A DNA stretch of 64,000 nt from the human T2T-CHM13v2.0 reference genome, Homo sapiens. Shown piece after piece: positions 46,379-64,000 of this stretch. Numbering within the stretch: the stretch's first letter is position 1; each line of letters starts with the position of its first letter. Position numbers and translations under genes: made by a program. The notes beneath the pieces are model-generated. The model made no database searches. It worked only from the letters and a program-made list of their open reading frames with translations, and was not told the DNA's origin. Where the stretch lies: the NCBI RefSeq assembly GCF_009914755.1, contig NC_060925.1; one strand, 5' to 3'.

Positions 46379-47921
46379 CTATTAGGTCCATTTGGTTTAT
46401 AGTGCTAAGTCCAATTTTTTTGTTGATTTTTCAGTCTGGATGATCTGTCCAGTGCTGAAAGTGGTATGTTGAAGTCTCCAACTATTACTGTATTGGGGTC
46501 TATCTCTTTCTTAGCTATAATAATATTTGCTTTATATATCTGGGTGCTTCAGTGTTGATGCATATAAATTTATAACTATTTATCCTTTTGTCGAATTGAC
46601 CCCTTTATCATTATATAATGACCTTTTGGTCTCTTTTCATAGTTTTTAATATTGAATTCTATTTTATCTGATATAAGTGTAGCTACTCCTTTTTTTGGTT
46701 TTCATTTGCATGGAATATCTTTTCCCATTCCTTTATTTTTAGTCTATGTGTGTCTTTATTGATGAAATATTTCTTGTAGCCAAAAGATCATTGGGTCTTT
46801 TTTTTATTTTTTTAATCCATTCAGCCACTCCATTTCTTTTGATTGGAGACTTTAGTTCACTTACATTCAATATTGTTATTGATAAACTAAGGACCTACTC
46901 CTGCTATTTTGCTGTTTGTTTTCTGGTTGCCTTATGATCTTTCTCCCTCCCTCCCTCCCTTTCTCTCTCCTTCCCTTCCTTCCTTTTCCCGTTCTGTTGT
47001 TTTTGTGAAGGTTCTCCTCTCTGATGGTGTTTTAATTTCTTGCCATTTTTGTGTGTTTGTATCTGTTGTAGGTATTTCAGGGTTACCACAAGGCTTGCAA
47101 ATAACATTTTGTAACCAATCATTTAAAACTAATGACAACTTAACACTGCTTGTAAAACCAAACGAAAAAGCAGAAGGAAAACTAATAAAAATTCACACTT
47201 TTATTCATCTCTCCCACTTTTTAACTTCTTGTTGTTTCTATTTAAATCTTATTACACTATCTCTTAAAACACTGTTGTAGTTATTTTTGATAGTTTTATC
47301 TTTTGATCTTTATATGGAAGATATAAGTAGTTTACAGACCACTGTTACAGTGTTATCATATTCTGTATTTGTCTATGTACTTCCTATTAGCAGTGAGTTT
47401 TGGACCTCCAGATGATTTCTTTTTGCCCATTAACATCATTCCCTTTCTGATTGAAGTACATCATTTAGCTTTTCTTGTAGGATAGGTCAGCAATTAATGA
47501 AATCCCTCAGTTTTTGTTTGTCTGGGAAAGTCTTTATTTCTTCTGCATATTTGAAGTATATTTTCACTGGATAAAAGTTTTTTTTTCCTTCAGCACTTAA
47601 AATATGTCATGCCACTCTCCTGTTTTGTAGGGTTTCCACTGAGAAGTCTGCAGCCAAACTTAGTGGAGCTCCATTGTATGTTATTTGTTTCTTTTCTTTT
47701 GTTGCTTTTAGGATTGTTTCTTTATCTTTGACCTTTGGGAGTTTGATTATTGAATGCCCTGAGGTAGTCTTCTTTGGGTTAAATCTGCTTGGTGTTTTAT
47801 AACCTTCTTGTACTTGAATATTGATATCTTTCTCTAGGTTTGGAATGTTTTCTGTTATTATCTCTTTGAATAATGCTGTCTACCCTGGTCTACCTCTCAC
47901 TACCTCCTCTTTAAGGCCCCA

Positions 47922-50525
47922 TGTATTAGTCTGTTTTCATGCTGCTGATAAAGACATACCCAAGACTGGGAAGAAAAAGAGGTTTAATTGGACTTACAGT
48001 TCGACATGGCTGAGGAGGCCTCAGAATCATGGTGGGAGACGAAAGGCACTTCTTATATGGCAGCAGCAAGAGAAAATGAGAAAGAAGCAAAAGCAGAAAC
48101 CCCTGATAAACCCAGCAGATCTTGTGAGACTTATTCACTATACAAGAATAGCACGGGAAAGACCATCCCCCATGATTCAATCACCTCCACCTGGGTCCCT
48201 CCCACAATAACGTGGGAATTCTGGGAGATACAATTCAAGTTGAGATTTGAATGGGGAGACAGCCAAACCATATCTTTCTGCCCCTGGCCCTTCCAAATTT
48301 CATGTCCTCACATTTCAGTACCAATCATGCCTTCCCAACAGTCCCGCAAAGTCTTAACTTATTTCATCATTAACCCAAAAGTCCACAGTCCAAAGTCTCA
48401 TCTGAGACAAGGCAAGTGCCTTCCACCTATGAGTCTGTAAAATCAAAAGCAAGCTAGTTACTTCCTAGATACAATGGGGTACAGGTATTAGGTAAATACA
48501 TCCTTTCCAAATGGGAGAAATTGGCCAAAAAAAAGGAGTTACAGGGCCCATGCAAGTCCAAAATCCAGTGAGGCAGTCAAATTTTAAGGCTCCAAAATGA
48601 TCTCCTTTGACTCCACGTCTCTTATCCAGGTCACACTGATGCAAGAGGTGGGTTCCCATCATCTTGGGTAGCTCCACCCCTGTGGCTTTGCAGAGTACAG
48701 CCTCCCTTCTGGCTGCCTTCACAGGCTGGTGTTTAGTGTCTGCAGCTTTTCCAGGCACATGGTGCAAACTGTCCGTGGATCTACCATTCTGGGGTCTGGA
48801 GTATGGTGGCCCTATTCTCACAACTCCACTAGGCAGTCCCCCTGTGGGCACTGCCTGTGTTGGGACTTTGACTCCACATTTCCCTTCCGCACTGCCCTAT
48901 CAGAGGTTCCCCATGAGGGCCCCACCCTGAAGCAAACTTTTGTCTGGGCATCCAGGCATTTCCATACATCTTCTGAAATCTAGGTGGAGGTTCCCAAACC
49001 TCAATTCTTGACTTTGGTGCACCCGCAGGCTCAACACCACATGGAAGCTGCCAAGGTTTGGAGCTTCCACCCTCTGAAGCCACAGCCTGAGCTGTACATT
49101 GGCCCCTTTCAGCCAGGGCTGGAGTGGCTGGGACACAGGGAACCAAGTCCCTAGGCCGCACGCAGCACAGGTAACCCTGGGCCCAGCCCACAAAACTACT
49201 TTTTCCTCCGGGGCCTCCAGGCCTGTGATGGGAGGGGCTGCTGCGAAGGTCTCTGACATGGCCTGGAGACATTTTCCCCATGGTCTTGGGAAGTAACATT
49301 AGGCTCCTTGCTACTTATGCAAATTTCTGTAGCCAGCTTGAATTTCTCCCCAGAAAAATGGGTTTTTCCAAACACTGCATGTTCTCACTCATAGGTGGGA
49401 ATTGAACAATGAAAACACTTGGACATAGGGTGGGGAACATCACACCCCGGGGCCTGTCGTGGGGTTGGGGGCAGGGGGAGGGATAGCATTAGGAGAAATA
49501 CCTAATGTAAATGACGAGTTAATGGGTGCAGCAAACCAACATGGCATATGTACACCTATGTAACAAACCTGCACATTGTGCGCATGTACCCTAGAACTTA
49601 AAGTATAATTTAAAAATAAAATAAATAAATAAGAAAAATGGGTTTTTCTTTTCTACTGCATTAGGCTGCAAATTTTCTGAACTTTTATGCTCTGTTTCCC
49701 TTTTAAAACAGAATGCTTTTAAAAGCACCCAAGTCACGTTTTGAATGCTTTGCTGCTTAGAAATTTCTTCTGCTAGATACCCTAAATCATCTATCTCAAG
49801 TTCAAAGTTCCACAAATCTCTAGGGCAGGGACGAAATGCCACCAGTTTTTTTGCTGAAACATAATAAGAGTCACCTTTGCCCCATTTCCCAACAAGTTCC
49901 TCATCTCTACCTGAGACCACGTAAGCCTGGACCTTATTGTCCATATCACTCTCAGGCTTTTGGTCAAAGCTATTCAACAAGTCTCTGGGAAGTTCCAAAC
50001 TTTCCCACATTTTCCCATCTTCTTCTGAGCCCACCAAACTGTTCCAACCTCTACCTGTTACCCAGTTCCAAAGTCACTTCCATATTTTCGGGTATCTTTT
50101 CGTCAACGCCCCACTCTATGGGTACCAATTTACTCTATTAGTCTGTTTTTATGCTGCTAATAAAGACATACCTGAGACTTGGAAGAAAAAGAGGTTTAAT
50201 TGGACTTACAGTTCCACATTGCTGAGAAGGCCTCAGAATCGCTGGGAGGCTAAAGGCACCTCTTAAGTGGCAGCAGCAAGAGAAAATGAGAATGAAGCAA
50301 AAGCGGAAACCCCTGATAAACCCGTTAGATCTCGTGAGACTTATTCACTACACCAGAATAGCAGGGGAAACTCGTGAGACTTATTCACTCTGCAAGAATA
50401 GCAGAGGAAAGACCACACCCCCATGATTCAATTACCTCCACCTGGGTTCCTCCCACAACACGTGGAAATTCTGGGAGATGCAATTCAAGTTGAGATTTGA
50501 ATGGGGACACAGTCAGACTATATCA
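47922..50525 (-). mobile_element. Full-length THE1 (THE1C-like) MaLR: 3'LTR 47922-48275, internal region 48276-50133, 5'LTR 50134-50525
   Basis: Two similar LTRs (gaagaaaaagaggtttaattggacttacagttc). The internal region has a MaLR ORF remnant (49591-50037 MWESLELPRDLLN...DLGYLAEEISKQQSIQ). TSD ggc(cc)ca / ggcca. Confidence 0.9.
49369..49631 (+). mobile_element. Short L1PA (about PA5/6) 3' end inside the THE1 internal region
   Basis: L1 3'UTR plus A-tail. Perfect 17-bp TSD agaaaaatgggtttttc (49352-49368 / 49632-49648). Confidence 0.93.
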
Positions 50526-52825
50526 GGCCAGTAACTCATAGATTTGCCTTTTTGAGCCTATTATTTAGATCTTGTAGGCATGCTCCATTGTTTTTTATTA
50601 TTATTTTTTGCCTTTTCTGACTATTTATTTTCAGATACATGTCTTCAAGCTCTCTAATTCTTTCTTCTTCTTGATCAGTTCGACTATTGAGAGACTGATA
50701 CATTCTTCAGTGTGTCCATTGAATTTTTCAGCTCCAGAATTTCTGCTTGATATTTAAAACTTATTGTAATCTCTTTGTTAAATTTCTCTGATAGGATTCT
50801 GAATTCTTTTTCTGTGTTGTCTTGAAGTTTGTTGTGCTTCTTCAAAATAGGTATTTTGAATTCTCTTGTCTGAAAAGCCACTATCTCTGTTTCTCCAGGA
50901 TTGGTCCTTGGTGCCTTACTTAGTTCATTTTTGAGGTCATGTTTTCCTGGATGGTGTTGATGCTTATAGATATTTGTTAGAGTCTGGACATTGAAGAGTT
51001 AGGTATTTGTTTTATTGTTTGCAGCCTGGGCTTGTTTGTTCCTGTCTTTTTGGAGAAGATTTTCCAAGCATTCTGAAGGAATTGAGTATTGTGGCCTAAG
51101 TCTTTGATCACTACAGCTATATCTGCATTAGGGGGCATCTCAAACCAGTAACACTATGACTCTTGCAGACTTGTCAAGATCACCTTGATGTTCTTTGATA
51201 AGATCCAAGATAATTTTCTGGAACAAGAGGCAAAGACTCTTGTTCTCTTTCTTTACTTTCTCCAAAGCAGACAGAGTCTCCGTCTCCATCCTGAGCTGCC
51301 TGGTATTGGCAAAGGGGTGACACAAGCACCTGGTGGCTACCATCACTTGGACTGTGGTGAGTCAGACCCGAATCCAGCACAGTACTGGGTCTTGTCCAAA
51401 TCCGGAGGCGACCACTGCCTGGTAATTGCCAATCTTCATTCAAGGCCAGAACTGCCATTCGGGAACCAGGGCCAGGAATCAGGAACCTTAGGATTCTACC
51501 TCCTGCTCTATTCTACTCCACCTAAGCTGGCACCCCCACCACAAGACAAAGTCTTTCCCACTCTTTTCTCTTCTTTCCTCAAGTATAAAGAGCCTGTTGT
51601 AATGGCCACCACAGCTGGTATTGTGCTGGGTCACATCTGAAGCCAGCACAGCACTAGTTCTCACCCAAAGCCCACAGCAACTACTGCCTGGTTACAACTG
51701 ATGTTTATTCAAGGCCCATGCAGATGATGAATGCCGCCAGAACTGGGTTCTCCCCTACAAGGCAGCAGGTTCCCTTCTGGCCCAGGATGTGTCTAGAAAT
51801 GTCATCCAGAGCTAGATCCTGGGATGTGGGCCTCAGGACACTGCTTGGTGCCCTATTCTACTGTGGCTAAGCTGGTGTGCTAATTGCAAGACAAAGTCCT
51901 TTTTACTCTCCCCTCTCCTCTCCTCAAGCAGAAGGAAGGAGTTTCTTCTGGAGCTGTGAGCTGTGCTGCCTTGTGTTGGGGAAGAGCTGACACAAGTACT
52001 CCTGGGCTGGCCTAGCTGGTGTCTTATAGCTTGTGTGTACCCCATGTCCTCTGGCTCAGGGTCCAGCACAGCACCAAGACTTGACCAGGAATTGCAGTCC
52101 TTGTGGCCTAGACTGCCTTTCATGTTTATTTAGGACCCCAAAGCACTTTAGTTCACAGTCGGCCTAGCTGGAACTCAGATACCAACCACTGGGAAGGATG
52201 ATTCCCCTCTGGCTGTGACTGGTCTAAATGCTCCCTCCATTGGCACTGGCTGAATTCTGCCATGTGTTTCTTTTGCTGTGACAGATAGCACTGAGTTCCA
52301 AAGCAAAGTCCCACAATCACTGTCCTCTCCCTCTGCCTATCACACATACTGTCTCTCTGTGCCATGCAGCTAATGCTAGGGGATAGAGGTGATGTTGTTG
52401 GCAATTCAAGACTGTCTTTTCTACCCTCTTCAGTGCCTTTTTCCTTGATATGATGTTAAAACCAGGCACTGTGATTGTGTACCTGATTTTTGATTCTCAT
52501 GAAGGTGCTTCATTATGTGGATAGTTGTTCGATTTGGTATTCCTGTGGAGGGGATAATCATTAGAGGATTCTATTCAGCCATCTTGCTCCACCACCTTCT
52601 CTCCAGACACTTTTGTAAGTGATGATACCAGTCATTTAGTCCATCCCTAAAAAACTGAGGATTCTGGGAATTTACCATGTCAATGCCATCTTTGTAAGAT
52701 TATTACCTAAGAAAAATGGGTGCTCTTTACTTTAAGAGTAGAAAACAAAAAGAAGTCAGAAGTAGCCACATCAGGACTGTAAGGTGGATGCTTAATAATG
52801 TTTCATCAAAACTCTTGTAAAATTA

Positions 52826-53235
<410 letters not shown>

Positions 53236-54992
53236 CTAGGCATTTTTCTGCTAAATCTTTGACTAAGTGTCTCAAAATGCTATCATAAGCAGATGTTATT
53301 CTTTATCTCTCCCAGAAAGTCAACAAGCAAAATGGCTTGAGCATCTCAAACACCTGTTGCCATGATCTTTGCTCTTGACTGGTTTACTTTTGCTTTTACT
53401 GGACCACTTCCTCCTCCTGGTAGCTATTGCTTTGATTATGCTTTGTCTTCAGGATTATACTTGTAAAGCCTTTTTTTTTTAATCTCCTATTACAATTCTT
53501 CGAAGAAATGCTTCAGATTTTGATTCCACTTGTTCAAAATTTAATTGAAATCTCTGTTGTTGTCTGAAGCGGATCTGGTCACAAAAGTTTTGGCACCCAT
53601 CACATGGAATATTTACTCAACTTTAATTTTTAGTCAGATCTATATAAGCTGAACCAATTGAGATGTCTGTGGTGTTGGCTTTTGTTTCTGCAATTAATTG
53701 TTGGGCCCTTTCAATTAGAGCACAAACAAGATAATTTTGTTCTTGCAAATTGATATGGATGGACTGCCACTGCAGGCTTCATCTTTAACATCATCTCATT
53801 CCTTCTTAAAGCGAATTTTCTATTTGTAAATTGATGATTTATTTGGGGGCATTGTCCTCATAAACTTTTCATAAAGCATGATTGATTTCACCATTCTTAC
53901 ACTCAGTCTTCACCCTGAATTTGATGTTTGTTCTTGCTTCAATTTTGGTGGAATTAATGTTGCACTGAAAGGGGCTCTTTTCAAATTTATGTTTTATTCT
54001 TCTTAGTGCCTCAGACTAGATCCTATTTAGACATGTTATAACAAGTTAGGGAGAATTTATTTTGGTGCAAATTTTTTTGACATTCATGCATAGCTTTTAA
54101 TAATGTACACTATCCATCAACATTTTGAAGACTCCTCATATAGTATCTACTAGTTTATGAAATTTCAATAAAAATTTAAAACCTTCAGAAAAATAATTAC
54201 AAATGGCTAAGTGTAGATGTTAATTGTTTAAAATATGCAACTCATAAATTTTGATTTTTCCTGAATTCATAGCTGTATATAAAGGTGCTTGTCCCTAGCC
54301 TGCCACACCCACTGTCTTTCAGATTGTGCCCTGATACTCCTTCACATCATTATTTGCAATGACAATACTAGAGAAATAAATTGTCCATTGATAAGGCATA
54401 CCACGGGTTTATTTCATTATGCCAATTTTAAAGCTACTTTCTTCTGTGACCAGAACATTTTTTAAGACGTTAATTGGTTGGTCTTTATTTGGCATTTGAT
54501 CAGAGGAGAGACAGTGTTGACAAAGCAGACATTTTCAGTATCTTTGTCATTTATTCACTAGCGGGAATCTTTATCTGTTCTCTGCCTTCATGTCTTTGGT
54601 AACCTCAGACCAGTCTGGTATATCTTAATTTGATCTTGTTTTCCAAGCCAAAATTCAGTTTTTCTGTGCCTCACAGGCTTAGTATTCTCACTAATGATGA
54701 TGTCTATCCATTGTTATCTCAAAGTCCTCATTTTCCTCTGTCTTACAGCTGAGATCAGATTTTTCTGATTCTATTCATAGCAGTATCTGTAGCTTTTAAC
54801 TAGTATTTTTGCCTCTTAATTAAATAAATGTAACACAGCTAGCGTCTGAAGTAAAATGTGACTAGTTTATATTAAATATGGTAACTTTCATAAATAAATA
54901 TTAAAACCTGTTTAATCAAGAATAAAACCCAAGTATTTATGAAGATACTTGGGAATTGCTTTTCCCAACACTATGATATTAGTAATCTGGGT

Positions 54993-55146
54993 AGGACTGC
55001 CAGATGTAGCAAATAAAAATACAAGACACCCACTTACATTTTTGTTTCATATAATTAAGGACTAATTTTTAATATCAGTATGTTCAATGCAGTATTAAAT
55101 TCCATGTGGTTTCACTGGGCATTTTATATTTTAACTGTCACCCCTA
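54993..55146. mobile_element. MER53-like palindromic MITE with a central deletion
   Basis: taggactgccagatgtagcaaataaaaatacaagacaccca ... ctgggcattttatattttaactgtcaccccta (inverted ends). Confidence 0.65.
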
Positions 55147-56244
55147 AATTTTCTTCATAGGGGCATTGATTCTTGTAGTAGTTGCCCTACTGAAATCCTT
55201 CAGTAAAATAGAAACAAAGAGCTAACAAGTTATGAATTCTTTTCATGAAATATTATCATGCCCTCCACTTATGTAATCTTTTTCCCCCATCACTTTGCCA
55301 AAGTTTCCTTCAGTCTCTACGGGCAGTGGTCCTGTGGTGTTGCAATACCTGCTCTCAGAGGGTAGGGCCAGACCACTCTTTTGCCCCACTTAGCCCAGTC
55401 TCATCTCCATCTCTCCCTAACTGTTGGGTTACAGACATTCCTCTGGTGGCAAAAGCAGAGGTGTCCTCTGGGCTGATACCCAGGATCACAATGCTGCATC
55501 TTTGTTGTTTAAAGACTCAAAATCAGCCACCACTCCTTTGTGCTCTCTGTGGCTCTCAAATTTGCTGCATTTGTGAAAAATTATCTGGTTTACACTATTC
55601 CAGTTTTATTTCAGGGCTGTATCACTTACATTAGGAGATTGAATACAATATCACAGCCATGATTTTCAGGAAATACTAACTTGGAAGAGTGTTATTTCCA
55701 GTGGCTATTTGGATAATTGGAGCATAACATCCTCTTCATAAAGCATTTTAGCCTAGGCTGAGTTGAATAAAGATTTAAGCAAAATGTGTGTTTTAGAAAC
55801 CTGTGTAAAAGCTTCTTTGGTTATTCTTTCCTATACATCAGGAAGATAGTATTGAGAACTACAGTGTGATGACTTGCTCTAGGGTTACCTCCAAGCAACC
55901 CTTACGAAAGTGTGATTTTGAACAATGAGATAATTTGTTTCATGTGGGTACAAATGTCGTGAATCATGGCATTGATTATGGGAGTAGTTCCATTGGATAA
56001 CATTCTGCCTTACAATGGATTTTATAAACTCTCTTCCTAGGGAGACAGCTCAAAGCATTTCGCAGGGCAGATGTGAGTGCCCAACAAAGAAAAATTTGCC
56101 CCATCCTAGCTTTCATATGTGCCTAAGTGTGAGGCATGACTCACCTTCCACTTAAGCAGCAATATAACCTTTTTCTTCATACTCTGCCTTTCTGCCTTGG
56201 TTCACCATTTTCTTCTTTCTATCATATGGATCGTTTATAATAAT

Positions 56245-56830
56245 AATTATTCAACAAATATTTGTTCAGCCCCTACTACATTTAGGGTACTAGATGTGTT
56301 ACTATAAGGTGCTGCCTGTAGTGGCCAGGAGCTTATCTTTCAGTTAGTGGAAGTAAGATATGTCTTAGCCCAAGGCAATATGTAAAAAAGTATTATATAA
56401 GTATATACAACTTGGTATTACAGTAAGTAACATAAGGGAAAAAGGTGTTTTTACCTGGGTGTTTTACATTATGAAAGCACTATGGAAGGAATCTGATGAT
56501 CTGTATAGATGAGCAAGATTTCAGTAGGGGAAAATGTGGGATGGAGGATCATTCAGACAGAGGAAATTACACAAAAGCCTTGAAGCTTAAAGAAAAGCAC
56601 AACTTTGCAGAATGGAATGTGATTCAGATGGAATGGAATAAGTCCTTTTTTTCTATTTGAGGGTAACGGGACAATATTACAGATGGATTTGAATGGTATA
56701 TGGGAACAAAATAGTGCTTCAGGTAGATTAACCTAAAAGTACTGTACAGACTGATTGAAGGGCAGAAAGTTTAGGAAATTGATTATTTGAAATAGTTTAG
56801 GCATAAAGTGATAATATCCTGACCTATTAA
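56245..56830 (-). mobile_element. L2 fragment
   Basis: attcaacaaatatttgttcagcccctacta...cattcagacagaggaaa... Confidence 0.6.
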
Positions 56831-56930
56831 AAGATGGTAGTGCCAAAAAAGAACACATGGTTTAGCTGGCCCAAACAATGGTTAGTTTGTCTACTTAGAC
56901 AATATATTGAATAATATTCTCTATTTTTCA

Positions 56931-57042
56931 TAATATTTTCATATTGTGAACTACTTAACACTTATACCGAATTACCTCAACACTAATAATATTTTCATAT
57001 TGTGAACTACTTAACACTTATGCCTAATTACCTTAACACTTA
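56931..57042. repeat. 56-bp tandem duplication (2 copies)
   Basis: taatattttcatattgtgaactacttaacacttat... starts at 56931 and at 56987, with a few mismatches in the distal part. Confidence 0.85.
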
Positions 57043-57996
57043 TAACTAATCACTATGCAAAGTAAGAACAGTCTTGTATATGTAATTTGTTATCAACCAC
57101 TTAAAACTTTGGAAAAATGAAAGAGTTTTTATTTGTAGAACTGGTTCTAAATAAAAAGGCAAGGCCAGACAAATACCTGGAAAGAAACCTTCTCTTAGCC
57201 CTAGAGCCACTGAATCAAGTCAAAATACCTTCCACAAATGGCAACTTAATACTTAAGGAATAAGTGAAGTTACTTTTACAGTTTCTTAACAGCAGTTGCA
57301 TTTTCTTTCTTTTTATTACAAATTCAGACTTTAAAATTGTTCTCTTAGCTGCATGAGAGTCAATTAGGAAAAAGTTACATAAAAATCATTGTTCCTCATG
57401 ACATACATATCAAAAGCAAAAATGTATATTGATTAAAGGGGTAGAAGGGAATTTCAAACGAGAGGAGGACTGTAACCATAAACTGTTTCTGTCTCATATG
57501 GTATTAAGAACAGCAAAGAACCTGAGCCTGTTAAGCACTATAATCCAGAGGTACACTGAATGGGAATTTTCTGATCCTTACCTAACCTTCATGTCAATCT
57601 ACTACTTCAAGCTATTTTTCTGTGAAAAAGTTAACATGTAAACTAAGACAGATACCTGAGATTTAAAAACAAAATCTATTGTAATTTGCTTCTAACAGTG
57701 TTTTATACACCTTAATTATGTAATTCATCTGTCACTTTAATAAGAGTGATTTTAAAATAATGCAGGGATTGAATGTATCTTTATCTTTTGTACTTCTTTT
57801 CATATAAAATGAAGTAAAGCTCAATGAGCAAACCCCAAACAGTTTTTTAAATTATTTTGGATGAATCAAATAATAGTAGGATTTTCCATTTCTGTTTTAA
57901 GATAGAGATCCATTTTGTTTTGTTCATAGTTTATATAATATGTAAAATTATTTTTATATATCATCTTTGATATTAGAAAAGACATTTTGGTATGCG

Positions 57997-64000
<6,004 letters not shown>

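Noticed and set aside
55245-55634. 129-aa Cys-rich ORF and a CTCF-like motif (ttcctctggtggc) in a slightly GC-richer patch
   Set aside because: No recognisable domain, and the motif lacks the conserved terminal GGC of the CTCF core.

Overview
Human/primate genomic DNA. The window is AT-rich and mostly transposable-element derived, and I found no convincing host-gene exon. Main points: (1) a heavily decayed, intronless retrocopy of the pseudokinase STRADA at ~4639-5699 (+), which the ORF track misses; (2) a full-length human-specific L1 (pre-Ta diagnostics ACG/G) at ~38092-44343 (-), with intact ORF1 (338 aa), ORF2 (1275 aa) and ORF0, a 16-bp TSD and a ~175-bp 3' transduction ending at a poly(A) signal inside an antisense MaLR LTR; (3) that L1 sits in an ~18.6-kb nest, in which an HSMAR2 mariner is split by a full-length L1MA that also hosts Alus and a full-length THE1 element, itself carrying an L1PA fragment; (4) a candidate second, ancient 3' transduction at the window start; (5) a twin-primed inverted L1PA2/3; (6) a MER11D-like solo LTR with a perfect 42-bp duplication; (7) a near full-length, disrupted L1PA3-like element running off the window end, which retains the ~129-bp ZNF93-target 5'UTR segment. 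Repeat subfamily names and the STRADA alignment come from remembered consensus/protein sequences, not from a database search.
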